Assembly: GCA_031459535.1 (NCBI GenBank)
Contig: JAVKIJ010000030.1
Span: forward strand, 1-34,683
Direction of reading: 5' to 3'
Length of the DNA: 34,683 nt
From: Candidatus Fervidifonticultor quintus
GTDB lineage: Bacteria; Sysuimicrobiota; Sysuimicrobiia; Sysuimicrobiales; Humicultoraceae
Under the pieces are notes generated by a model, which searched no databases, was not told where the DNA came from, and saw only the letters and a list, made by a program, of their open reading frames with translations. Position numbers and translations under genes: made by a program. Shown here piece by piece: positions 1-9,065 of the stretch. Position 1 is the first letter of the stretch. Each line of letters begins with the position of its first letter.

Positions 1-1
1 G

Positions 2-487
2 GTCACCCACCGGCTCCGCGGGGTCCGCGTCGGCGATCTGAATCAGGAGCGTCTGGAGCAAGTGATCGGCGAGGTGTCGCGGCACCACCAGCTGATTGAG
101 GCCATCAAGGCCTGGGTGCGGCGCGACCTGGCTCGGGGGAGCCGGCCGCGGTTCCACGTGGAGGGAACGCGTCATCTCCTCCGCGAACCCGAGTTCCGCC
201 GGCCCGAGGCCGCGACGCGCGTCTTCGACGCCCTGGAGGAGGAGTCGATCCTGGCCCAGGCCCTGCCGGCGCCGCCCGAGCACGGCGTGCGAGTCGTCAT
301 CGGCGCAGAGAACCGCAGCGCCGAACTGCGCGCGTGCAGTCTGGTCGCTGCATCGTACAGCGCCGGCGACCGCGGCAGGGGGACAGTAGCCATCATCGGT
401 CCTACCCGCATGCGCTACCGCCGGGCCGTGGCCGCAGTCAGCTATGTGGCCGATCGCCTCAGCGACGCCTTGAGGAGTTCTGCCTAG
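2..487 (+). CDS. hrcA: Heat-inducible transcription repressor HrcA, 3' part (truncated by window start)
   Basis: Frame open from base 2 to TAG 487. C-terminal HrcA motifs VVIGAEN..CSLVAASY and AIIGPTRMRY; directly upstream of dnaJ. Confidence 0.93.
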   Translation, partial: VTHRLRGVRVGDLNQERLEQVIGEVSRHHQLIEAIKAWVRRDLARGSRPRFHVEGTRHLLREPEFRRPEAATRVFDALEEESILAQALPAPPEHGVRVVIGAENRSAELRACSLVAASYSAGDRGRGTVAIIGPTRMRYRRAVAAVSYVADRLSDALRSSA

Positions 488-532
488 ACGCGGGGCCGCC
501 CCCCGCGCGGCGCAGGTCCGGCGCAGGCGCTG

Positions 533-1690
533 ATGGCCACACGCGACCTCTACGAGATTCTCGGCGTTGACCGGCGGGCGACGCAGGAAGAGATCAAGCA
601 GGCGTACCGCCGGCTGGCCCGCCAGATGCACCCCGACGTTCGCCGGGACGATCCCCATGCCACCGAGCACTTCAAGGAGATCAACGAGGCCTACGCGGTT
701 CTTAGCGATCCCGCGAAGCGCAGCCAGTACGACCGATTCGGGACCGTCGGGACAGAGCCGGGGCCCTTCGGTGGCGGGGTCAGCCCCTTCGACGATCTGT
801 TTGAGATGTTCTTCGGCGGCCGCCCGCGGCCCACATCAGCCGAGCGTGGGGGGCCCGAACGGGGGGCCGATCTCCGGTACGACCTGAAGATCACGCTCGA
901 GGAGGTGGCGAGGGGCACTGAGAAGCCGATCACTGTTCGCCGCCTTGAGACGTGCCCGGCGTGTTTCGGCACAGGCGCCGAACGCGGCTCGCGGCCGGAG
1001 ACGTGTCCGACCTGCCGGGGTACCGGTGAGGTCCGGGTCGCGCAGCGGACGCTCTTCGGCGTGATGACGCAGATCGGGCCCTGCGGGCAGTGTGGCGGGA
1101 CCGGTACCTACATCGCCAAGCCCTGCAGACAGTGCGACGGCTCGGGGCGTTCGGAGATCACCAGGGAGGTCACTGTCACGATCCCGGCGGGTGTGGAAGA
1201 TGGCATGTCGTTGCGGTTGCCGGGGGAAGGAGAGGCCGGCATGCGTGGCGGCGAGCGCGGCGATCTCTACGTGGTCGTGCACGTCGCCCCGCATCCCGTC
1301 TTCGCTCGGCGCGGCCGGGATCTGGTCGGCGAGCTCGACATCACCATGACCCAGGCTGCCCTGGGCGACGAGATCCGCATCAAGGGCTTGGACGGTACCG
1401 AGACCGTGGTGGTGCCGCCTGGCACGCAGCCGGGCGATACCCTGACACTGGACGGGCGCGGCCTCCCTGACATGCGTGGTGGTCGCGGCAACCTCTATCT
1501 CAAGGCTCGGGTGACGATTCCCAGACGTCTCACCGGAGAGCAGCGGGCGTTATTGCAGGCGTTCGCCGAGCAGCTGGGCGAGAGACGGGCAGGGCAGGCG
1601 GCCTCGCCTCCGCCCGGGGCCAGCGGCGGGCGCGCCGGGAAGCGGGGCCGCCGGCCGATCCTGGACAAGATGAAAGACCTGCTGCCCTAG
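533..1690 (+). CDS. dnaJ: Molecular chaperone DnaJ
   Basis: J domain with HPD, G/F region, four CxxCxGxG zinc motifs (CPACFGTG, CPTCRGTG, CGQCGGTG, CRQCDGSG), C-terminal domain. Confidence 0.98.
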   Translation: MATRDLYEILGVDRRATQEEIKQAYRRLARQMHPDVRRDDPHATEHFKEINEAYAVLSDPAKRSQYDRFGTVGTEPGPFGGGVSPFDDLFEMFFGGRPRPTSAERGGPERGADLRYDLKITLEEVARGTEKPITVRRLETCPACFGTGAERGSRPETCPTCRGTGEVRVAQRTLFGVMTQIGPCGQCGGTGTYIAKPCRQCDGSGRSEITREVTVTIPAGVEDGMSLRLPGEGEAGMRGGERGDLYVVVHVAPHPVFARRGRDLVGELDITMTQAALGDEIRIKGLDGTETVVVPPGTQPGDTLTLDGRGLPDMRGGRGNLYLKARVTIPRRLTGEQRALLQAFAEQLGERRAGQAASPPPGASGGRAGKRGRRPILDKMKDLLP

Positions 1691-1697
1691 CGCCCGC

Positions 1698-2585
1698 GTG
1701 ACGTGGATCGAGGTCTCGCTCGAAGTCCCACGGTCGGCCGCTGAGCACGCGGCGGACATCGTGCTCAGGTACTGCCCACAGGGGCTGGCGGAGACCACAT
1801 CGGGGAGGTACCGGGTGCTGCGCGCGTACCTGCCCGCCGGCGCGGGGGGCCGCGCTGCGCTCGCCGGGCTGCGCCGAGAGTTGCGCGTCCTGCCCCACGC
1901 GCACGTGGTGACGCGCCCCGTGCGTGACGAGCGCTGGCGTGAAGCCTGGAAGGCCCACGCCCGCCCCCTTGCGATCGGTCGGCTCCGCATCCTGCCCACG
2001 TGGTGGCCGGTTCAGGACGACGAGCGGAGACCGGTGATTCGGCTGGACCCCGGGATGGCCTTTGGTAGTGGCGAGCACCCCACCACACAGCTGTGCCTGG
2101 CGGCGCTGGAGCGATACACCCGGCCCGGCTCGGTGGTGGTGGACGTGGGAACAGGGTCCGGAATTCTCGCCGTCGCGGCGGCCCGTCTGGGTGCCCGACG
2201 GGTCATTGCCGTGGACAACGACAGCGTGGCCGTGGATGTCGCCCGGCGGAACATGCGGGCGAACCGTGTGGCGTCCCGCGTGGAGGTCCTCCCGGCGCAA
2301 GGTCTTCCCCGCCTGCGGACGCCGGCGGACCTCATCGTAGCGAACCTGACCGCGCAGACGCTGCCATCGGTCATCGCGGCCGCCCGCCGACACCTACGGG
2401 CTGGCGGGTGGCTCGTCGCGTCGGGGTTTGGCGCACGATTCCTCCCGGACGTGAGGGCCGCGATGATCGCCGCAGGGCTGCGCCCGGTGCGGGTGGACGC
2501 CCTGCGCGGGTGGCGGGCCGTTTGCGGGCTGGCAGTACCCTCAAGACGGCCCCGGCACGTCGCGGCGCGGGCCCACCGGCGATGA
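1698..2585 (+). CDS. prmA: Ribosomal protein L11 methyltransferase
   Basis: LDPGMAFGSGEHPTT and SAM-binding DVGTGSGIL motifs; dnaJ-prmA-rsmE order. Confidence 0.95.
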   Translation: MTWIEVSLEVPRSAAEHAADIVLRYCPQGLAETTSGRYRVLRAYLPAGAGGRAALAGLRRELRVLPHAHVVTRPVRDERWREAWKAHARPLAIGRLRILPTWWPVQDDERRPVIRLDPGMAFGSGEHPTTQLCLAALERYTRPGSVVVDVGTGSGILAVAAARLGARRVIAVDNDSVAVDVARRNMRANRVASRVEVLPAQGLPRLRTPADLIVANLTAQTLPSVIAAARRHLRAGGWLVASGFGARFLPDVRAAMIAAGLRPVRVDALRGWRAVCGLAVPSRRPRHVAARAHRR

Positions 2586-3331
2586 ACGACCAACCGTCCC
2601 CTGTTCGGCTTCGCCGTTTCTACGTGCCGCCGGCGGTGTTCGCTTCCGAGATCCTGCGGTTTGAGGCCCGCGAATCTCACCACATCGCCACCGTTCTGCG
2701 CCTCGCTCCAGGCACCAGGGTAACGGTCTTCGATGGTCGAGCGGAGGCCGAAGCTGAACTGATAGATGTCAGCGACGCGGCGGTGACGGCGCGGCGCGTG
2801 GGGACGGTCCGGGTATCTACCCGGCCGATGGTGATCACACTGCTGCAGGGCGTTGCGCGCGGGCCCAAGATGGACCTGATCGTGCGCACCGCGACCGAGA
2901 TCGGGGTCTCGGTGATTGCGCCGGTCGTCACGTCTCGATCGCTGGCGAACCCCGGCCCGGCCCGGTGCGACCGCTGGCGGCGGATCGCGCGCGAGGCCGC
3001 CAGGCAGTGTGGTCGGCCCGACATTCCCCATGTGGAACCCGCTGCCCCGCTTCCCCGCGCGCTTGAGACGATGGCCCCCTCCGATATCTTCCTGGTGCCA
3101 TGGGAGCACGAGCGTCGCCTGGTGGGGTCCGTGCTCGCGGGACGCCGGGTGGGATCGGCCGTGGTACTCATCGGTCCGGAAGGTGGCCTCACGGACGCCG
3201 AGGTGGCCGCAGCGCGCGGCGTGGGGGGTCAGACGGTCTCGCTGGGCCCCCTGATCCTACGGACCGAGACGGCGGGGCTGGTCACCGTCGCCATGCTGGT
3301 TTACGAAGGGATCCTGCGCCCGTCTGACTGA
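2582..3331 (+). CDS. rsmE: 16S rRNA m3U1498 methyltransferase
   Basis: ATG 2582 overlaps the prmA stop (ATGA). HHIATVLRL, EAARQCGR, IGPEGG and LGPLILRTETA SPOUT motifs. Confidence 0.95.
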   Translation: MNDQPSPVRLRRFYVPPAVFASEILRFEARESHHIATVLRLAPGTRVTVFDGRAEAEAELIDVSDAAVTARRVGTVRVSTRPMVITLLQGVARGPKMDLIVRTATEIGVSVIAPVVTSRSLANPGPARCDRWRRIAREAARQCGRPDIPHVEPAAPLPRALETMAPSDIFLVPWEHERRLVGSVLAGRRVGSAVVLIGPEGGLTDAEVAAARGVGGQTVSLGPLILRTETAGLVTVAMLVYEGILRPSD

Positions 3332-3344
3332 ACGGCCCACCCGG

Positions 3345-3382
3345 GTTGCATTTCTATTCAGTCTGGCGTATACTCATACCAT
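3345..3382. promoter_or_regulatory. Tandem ArgR operator (two ARG boxes)
   Basis: Cores TGCATTTCTATTCA (3347-3360) and CGTATACTCATACC (3367-3380), 20 bp apart, resemble TG(A/C)ATnnnnAT(G/T)CA. They form an AT-rich island in front of argC, and argR is in the operon. Confidence 0.8.
3346..3374 (+). promoter_or_regulatory. Sigma70/sigmaA-type promoter of the arg operon, probably leaderless
   Basis: TTGCAT (3346-3351), 17 bp, TATACT (3369-3374). The predicted +1 falls at or next to the argC ATG (3381). No Shine-Dalgarno. Confidence 0.8.
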
Positions 3383-4418
3383 GCCCACGCGCGTCAGCGT
3401 CATCGGCGCCTCTGGCTACGGCGGCGGCGAGCTCGTGCGCCTGCTGGTTGGCCATCCGGAGGTCACGCTGGTCCACCTGACTGCCGAGAGCCGGAAAGGC
3501 GAGCCATACGGCGAGGTGTTCCCCAATCTGCAGGGCGTGGTCTCGGCGGTCACCGAGGATGCCGACATGGACGCCGTGGGCGCCGACTCTGACGTGGTCT
3601 TCTTCGCGCTGCCCAATGGCGTGCCGATGACCATGGCGCCGCGGCTGCCGCACACGGTGAAGGTCATCGACCTGGGCGCCGACTTCAGGTTTCGCGACCC
3701 GGCCACGTACGCGACGTGGTACAGAGTGGAGCATGCCTGCCCCGACCTGCTGGCCGAGGCGGTCTACGGCCAGCCCGAGTTGCACCGCGAACGCATCGCG
3801 GCCGCGCGCATCGTGGGCAATCCGGGCTGTTATCCCACCGCGGCTCTCATCGCCGCAGCACCCTTTCTGAAGGCGGGCGTGGTGCAGCGCGAGGGGATCA
3901 TCGTGGACGCCAAGTCCGGGGTCTCGGGCGCCGGCCGGGGCACGTCCCTGGGCACCCATTTCTCCGAGGTGAACGAGAACGTCAGGCCCTACAATGTGGC
4001 CAGCCACCGGCACGCCCCCGAGATCGAGCAAGAGGTCGCGTGGCTCACCGGCGGCCCTACCTCCGTCACGTTCACCCCGCACCTGATTCCCATGACCCGC
4101 GGCATCCTGGCCACGGTCTACTTGCGGTTACGGGGGGCCCTCACGCAGGCCGAGGCCGAGGGCATCCTGGTCGAGGCCTACGCCCGGGAGCCGTTCGTGC
4201 GCGTGTTGCCCGGCGGGTTACCCCAGACCAAGGCCACCTACGGCTCCAACTACTGCGACGTGGCCGTGCGGGTTGAGCCTCGGGCCGGGGTGCTGATCGT
4301 GCTCTCCGCGATCGACAATCTGGTCAAAGGCGCCTCCGGCCAGGCCGTCCAGAACATGAACATCATGTGCGGGTTTCCCGAGCGCCTGGGGCTGGAGGGT
4401 GCGCCCCTCTACCCCTAG
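3381..4418 (+). CDS. argC: N-acetyl-gamma-glutamyl-phosphate reductase
   Basis: GASGYGG Rossmann motif, catalytic NPGCYPT, SGVSGAGR, IDNLVKGASGQAVQN. Confidence 0.98.
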   Translation: MPTRVSVIGASGYGGGELVRLLVGHPEVTLVHLTAESRKGEPYGEVFPNLQGVVSAVTEDADMDAVGADSDVVFFALPNGVPMTMAPRLPHTVKVIDLGADFRFRDPATYATWYRVEHACPDLLAEAVYGQPELHRERIAAARIVGNPGCYPTAALIAAAPFLKAGVVQREGIIVDAKSGVSGAGRGTSLGTHFSEVNENVRPYNVASHRHAPEIEQEVAWLTGGPTSVTFTPHLIPMTRGILATVYLRLRGALTQAEAEGILVEAYAREPFVRVLPGGLPQTKATYGSNYCDVAVRVEPRAGVLIVLSAIDNLVKGASGQAVQNMNIMCGFPERLGLEGAPLYP

Positions 4419-4434
4419 GCCCGGAGGGCGATCA

Positions 4435-5652
4435 GTGGCTGCTGCGCCTGCGCAGGTGACGCCGATGGAAGGCACCGTGACCGCTGCCCTCGGATTTCGA
4501 GCGGCGGGGATTCACTGCGGGATCAAGCCCGACCGACCAGATCTGGCGCTCGTGGTCTCGGACGTCCCCGCGTCTGCGGCCGGTACCTTCACCCAGATCA
4601 GGACCCGATCGGCGCCGGTGATCCTGAGCGAGCGAAAGCTGCAGTCCGGTCGGGCCCAGGCCGTGCTCGTCAACAGCGGCAATGCCAACGCCTGCACGGG
4701 TCCTGGGGGCGCAGCCGACGCGCAGGCCATGATGGATGCCGCGGCCCGGGCCCTGGGCATCCCAGAGGACCTAGTGGTCATCGCCAGCACCGGGGTCATC
4801 GGCCGGCCGCTGCCCATGGAGCGGATCCTGCCGGCGATCCCGCGGCTGGTTGCCGCGCTGGGAGCCAATGGAATGGCCGCGGCGCAGGCCATCATGACCA
4901 CCGATGCCTGGCCCAAGACCGCGGCTGCGCAGGTGCACCTGGGCGACGGAACCGTCTCCATCGGTGCCATCGCCAAGGGGTGCGGGATGATCCACCCCAA
5001 CATGGCCACGATGATCGCCATCATCACCACCGACGCCGCCGTCGAGCCCTTGCTGCTGCGTCGGGCACTGCGAGCCGCGGTGGATCAGACCTTCAACTGT
5101 ATCAGCGTGGACGGCGACACCAGCACCAGCGACAGCGTGTTTCTGCTAGCCAACGGAGCGGCTGGCGTGGCCCCGATCGCCGCACCGGACCACCGATACC
5201 AGGCTTTCCTGGCCGGGCTCGCCGACGTCGCCCGCCGTCTGGCACGCATGATAGTCCGGGATGGGGAAGGAGCCACGCGCGTGGTGGAGATCGCCGTCCG
5301 CGGGGCCCGCACCGACGCCGACGCGCGCCTGGTGGGCCGGACGATCATGACCTCCTTGCTGGTGAAGACGGCCTTCCACGGCGCGGAACTGAACTGGGGA
5401 CGCCTAGCCGCCGCTGCGGGCCGCAGCGGTGCCGACCTCGATCCCGATCGGTTGTCCATCGCGATCGGCGACGTGGAGATCGTCGCGGACGGTGTGGGGC
5501 TGCCGGACGCGTACCCGAAGGTCCAGCCGCTGCTGGCCGAGCCGGAGGTCCGCGTGACGCTCGACCTCAAGCTGGGAAGTGGGGCGTTCGTCGGCTGGAC
5601 CAACGATCTGGGCGAGACGTACGTCAGGATCAACAGCGGGTACCTGTCGTGA
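4435..5652 (+). CDS. argJ: Ornithine acetyltransferase / N-acetylglutamate synthase ArgJ
   Basis: NSGNANAC, STGVIG, KGCGMIHPNMATM (autoproteolytic Thr), DGEGAT. GTG start with GGAGG at 4423-4427. Confidence 0.96.
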   Translation: MAAAPAQVTPMEGTVTAALGFRAAGIHCGIKPDRPDLALVVSDVPASAAGTFTQIRTRSAPVILSERKLQSGRAQAVLVNSGNANACTGPGGAADAQAMMDAAARALGIPEDLVVIASTGVIGRPLPMERILPAIPRLVAALGANGMAAAQAIMTTDAWPKTAAAQVHLGDGTVSIGAIAKGCGMIHPNMATMIAIITTDAAVEPLLLRRALRAAVDQTFNCISVDGDTSTSDSVFLLANGAAGVAPIAAPDHRYQAFLAGLADVARRLARMIVRDGEGATRVVEIAVRGARTDADARLVGRTIMTSLLVKTAFHGAELNWGRLAAAAGRSGADLDPDRLSIAIGDVEIVADGVGLPDAYPKVQPLLAEPEVRVTLDLKLGSGAFVGWTNDLGETYVRINSGYLS

Positions 5653-6572
5653 ACCCGGGGCATGGGACAACCAGGCGGCGCGCCGTCGCCCGACCATCGC
5701 CCGCCACCGCTGCCCTCGATCCGGCGGTTGAGGCGCGGCTGATCGCCGCCGGGGTCCGGTACGCGGCCGCGTGGCGAGGTCGCACCGTCGTGGTCAAGTA
5801 CGGCGGCAGCGTGCTGGAGGGGACCGGGACGGGCACGGTCGTGGAGGATCTGGTCCTCCTCAAGCGTGCAGGGGTCAATCCCGTGCTGGTCCACGGCGGC
5901 GGTCCAGAAATCACCCGCATGCTGGAGCGCCTGGGCAAGCAGACCAGATTTGTACGGGGCCTGCGCGTCACCGATGCCGAGACCATGGAGGTCGTGGAGA
6001 TGGTCCTGGCCGGCCGGGCCAACAAGGCCCTGGTGACCATGATCGGCGCAGCCGGAGGCAGCGCCGTGGGACTGTCCGGCAAGGACGCCGGCCTGCTCCG
6101 CGCGCGTCGCCTGACCGGGCCGGTGGACCTGGGGTTCGTCGGTGAAGTGGTCGCGGTGAACCCGCAGATTGTCGAGACGATCAGCGCGGCCGCTCACATC
6201 CCGGTCATTGCGTCGATCGGTGTGGGCGAGGACGGAGCCAGCCTGAACCTCAACGCTGATCACGCGGCGGGCGCACTGGCCGCAGCCCTGGCAGCCAGCA
6301 AGCTGATCATCCTGACCGATGTCCCAGGGGTGATGCGGGAGGGCGGGGGCGCGCCGACGCTCATCTCCAGCCTCACCGCCGACGAGGCCCGGCGACTGGT
6401 GGCCGATGGTACCATCTCGCGCGGCATGATCCCCAAGGTCGAAGCCTGTCTGGCCGCCCTCGACCGCGGGGTGCCCAGCGCGCACATCATCGGGGCCGCG
6501 GCGCCCCACGCGCTGCTGGTGGAGCTGTTCACCGAAGAGGGCATCGGCACCATGATCACCCAGGCTCCATAG
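5649..6572 (+). CDS. argB: Acetylglutamate kinase
   Basis: VVKYGG, VHGGGPEI, GLRVTD, NLNAD, GMIPKV and C-terminal ELFTEEGIGT. GTG start overlaps the argJ stop (GTGA); exact start inferred. Confidence 0.95.
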   Translation: MNPGHGTTRRRAVARPSPATAALDPAVEARLIAAGVRYAAAWRGRTVVVKYGGSVLEGTGTGTVVEDLVLLKRAGVNPVLVHGGGPEITRMLERLGKQTRFVRGLRVTDAETMEVVEMVLAGRANKALVTMIGAAGGSAVGLSGKDAGLLRARRLTGPVDLGFVGEVVAVNPQIVETISAAAHIPVIASIGVGEDGASLNLNADHAAGALAAALAASKLIILTDVPGVMREGGGAPTLISSLTADEARRLVADGTISRGMIPKVEACLAALDRGVPSAHIIGAAAPHALLVELFTEEGIGTMITQAP

Positions 6573-6581
6573 GAGGTCGGG

Positions 6582-7796
6582 ATGACCACGGCGGACGTCA
6601 TGGCGATGACGGAGCAGTACCTGCTCCCTACCTATCGGCGGGCCCCGGTGGCATTCTCGCACGGCGAGGGGGTCTGGCTGGTGGACCTGGAGGGCAAGCG
6701 CTACCTGGACTTCATCGGCGGCATCGCCGTGAGCGCGCTCGGGCACGGGCACCCGTCGCTGGTGGCCGCGATCCGGCAGCAGGCGGGACGGATGCTCCAC
6801 GTGTCCAACCTGTTCCACATCGCCGAGCAGGCCCTGCTGGCGAAGTTCCTGGTCGAGCACTCCGCGTTCGACCGCGCTTGGTTCTGCAACAGCGGGGCCG
6901 AGGCCAACGAGGCGGCCATCAAACTGGCACGCAAATGGGGGCGCCGGTCTGGCACTGACCGCTATGAGATTGTCGTGGCCCATCATTCGTTCCACGGCCG
7001 GACCATGGGCACCCTGGCCGCCACCATGCAGCCCAAGTACCAACAGCCGTTTCTACCCATGACACCGGGATTCGTGGCGGTACCGTTCAACGACATGGAT
7101 GCCCTCCCGGCGGCCACCACCGATCGGACCGTGGCCGTGATGCTCGAGCCGATCCAGGGCGAGGGCGGGGTCTATCCCGCCGACCCGGAGTACCTCAGGA
7201 GCGTGCGGGAGTGGTGCGATGCGCGGGACCTGCTGCTGATCTTCGATGAGGTGCAGACCGGCGTCGGGCGGACCGGTCGCCTGTTCGCCTACGAACACTA
7301 CGACGTCATTCCCGATGTGGTCACGCTGGCTAAAGGCCTGGGAGGCGGCGTGCCCATCGGCGCCCTCCTTGTGAAGGAACAGGCGGCTGCCCTGGAACCG
7401 GGGGATCACGGCAGCACCTTCGGCGGCAACCCGCTGGCCGCTGCCGCGGCCCTGGCGGTGCTGCAGACCGTGGTCGAGGACCGGCTGCCGGAGCACGCCG
7501 CCGCCATGGGCGAGCGGCTGATGGCGGGTCTGGGGGCCCTGGTGGAAAAGGGCCTGGCCGGAGCCGTGCGGGGTCGGGGGCTGCTGGTCGGCCTGGAGTT
7601 GCACGGCGAGGCCGCGCCAGTCGTGGACGCCGCTCGGGAGGCCGGCCTGCTCGTGAACGCGGTGCAGCCGAAGGCGTTGCGCCTGGCGCCGCCGCTGATT
7701 GTGCAGGCGAATGAGGTCGATCAGGCCGTGGGCATCCTGGAACGAGTGTTGTCATCAGGGCCGGCGCCCGCCGAGGGCGCCGCGCACAGCCACTAG
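6582..7796 (+). CDS. argD: Acetylornithine aminotransferase
   Basis: Class III PLP motifs NSGAEANE, SFHGRT, DEVQTG, TLAKGLGGG, HGSTFGGNP; AGGAGG RBS. Confidence 0.96.
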   Translation: MTTADVMAMTEQYLLPTYRRAPVAFSHGEGVWLVDLEGKRYLDFIGGIAVSALGHGHPSLVAAIRQQAGRMLHVSNLFHIAEQALLAKFLVEHSAFDRAWFCNSGAEANEAAIKLARKWGRRSGTDRYEIVVAHHSFHGRTMGTLAATMQPKYQQPFLPMTPGFVAVPFNDMDALPAATTDRTVAVMLEPIQGEGGVYPADPEYLRSVREWCDARDLLLIFDEVQTGVGRTGRLFAYEHYDVIPDVVTLAKGLGGGVPIGALLVKEQAAALEPGDHGSTFGGNPLAAAAALAVLQTVVEDRLPEHAAAMGERLMAGLGALVEKGLAGAVRGRGLLVGLELHGEAAPVVDAAREAGLLVNAVQPKALRLAPPLIVQANEVDQAVGILERVLSSGPAPAEGAAHSH

Positions 7797-7835
7797 CCGG
7801 CGGGGCGACCGCGAGGTAGGAGAGGAGTCGGGATC

Positions 7836-9065
7836 ATGGGTGTCAACAAGATCGCACTGGCATACTCCGGGGGGCTGGACACGTCCGTGGCGATCCCATG
7901 GTTGCGCGAACGGTACGGCGCCCCCGTCGTCGCCGTCATTGTGGACGTCGGGCAGGGCGAGGACCTGGCCGCGGTACGTGCCAAGGCACTGGCCAGCGGC
8001 GCCACCGACGCCCGGGTGGTGGACGTCCGGCGGGTGTTTGTCACCGACTATCTCATTCCCATGGTACAGGCCGGTGCGGTCTATGAGGGCCGGTACATGC
8101 TCGGGACCGCGATTGCCAGGCCGCTCATTGCCAAGACGCAGGTGGAGGTGGCCCTGGACGAGGGATGCGATGCCCTCGCCCATGGATGCACGGGCAAGGG
8201 CAACGACCAGGTGCGGTTCGAACTGGCCTATCAGGCCCTGGCCCCCCACCTGAAGGTCATCGCGCCCTGGCGCGAGTGGCACATCAAGGGCCGCGAGCAG
8301 GCCATCGCGTACGCCGAGGCCCACGGTGTCCCGGTAACGGCCAGCAAGGCCCGGCCCTACAGCGTGGACAAGAACCTGTGGCACTGCAGCAGCGAGGCCG
8401 GCATCCTGGAGGAGATCTGGGAGGAACCGCCGGCGGACCTCTATCAGTACACCGCGGATCCGCGCACGGCGCCTGACAATCCCGAGTACCTCGAGATCGA
8501 GTTCGAGGAGGGCCGGCCGGTTGGCCTGGACGGCCAGCGGCTCGATCCGCTCACGTTGATGGAGCGCCTGAATGCGGCCGGCGGTCGGCACGGCGTCGGG
8601 CGCGTGGACATGGTGGAGAACCGGCTGGTGGGCATGAAGACCCGGGGGGTCTATGAGACCCCCGGCGGCACGATTCTGCTTGAGGCGCACCGCGACCTGG
8701 AGGCGATCACCGTCGAGCGCGAGTGCGCGCACTACAAGCTGGTGATCGGACCGCGGTACGCTGAGCTGGTGTACTACGGTCAGTGGTTCTCGCCGCTGCG
8801 GCAGGCGTTTGACGCCTTCGTGCAGTCCACCCAGCGCACCGTGACGGGCGCGGTGCGCATGAAGCTGTACAAGGGCACCGCCGCAGCCGTGGGCCGCAGG
8901 TCGCCGTGCTCTCTCTACGATCCGGATCTGGCGACCTTCGGTGAGGACACGGTGTACGACCAGGGTGAGGCCGCGGGGTTCATTCACCTCTGGGGCCTGC
9001 CCTCCCGCGTCTTTGCCCAGCGGAACCCCCATCTGATCCGGAGCATCCGTGAGCCCGTCCGCTGA
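7836..9065 (+). CDS. argG: Argininosuccinate synthase
   Basis: LAYSGGLDTS, HGCTGKGNDQVRF, ENRLVGMKTRGVYETPG. Confidence 0.98.
   Translation: MGVNKIALAYSGGLDTSVAIPWLRERYGAPVVAVIVDVGQGEDLAAVRAKALASGATDARVVDVRRVFVTDYLIPMVQAGAVYEGRYMLGTAIARPLIAKTQVEVALDEGCDALAHGCTGKGNDQVRFELAYQALAPHLKVIAPWREWHIKGREQAIAYAEAHGVPVTASKARPYSVDKNLWHCSSEAGILEEIWEEPPADLYQYTADPRTAPDNPEYLEIEFEEGRPVGLDGQRLDPLTLMERLNAAGGRHGVGRVDMVENRLVGMKTRGVYETPGGTILLEAHRDLEAITVERECAHYKLVIGPRYAELVYYGQWFSPLRQAFDAFVQSTQRTVTGAVRMKLYKGTAAAVGRRSPCSLYDPDLATFGEDTVYDQGEAAGFIHLWGLPSRVFAQRNPHLIRSIREPVR

Noticed and set aside
2093..2581. N-terminal extensions in the ORF track for rsmE (also argB from 4980, TAXI from 16927, cdd from 20463)
   Set aside because: They overlap the upstream gene out of frame. 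Better starts with RBS or stop/start overlap exist, so these are not fusions or frameshifts.
5085..7043. 652 aa minus-strand ORF
   Set aside because: Antisense shadow of argJ/argB/argD. GC-rich codon bias removes stops and there are no recognisable motifs.
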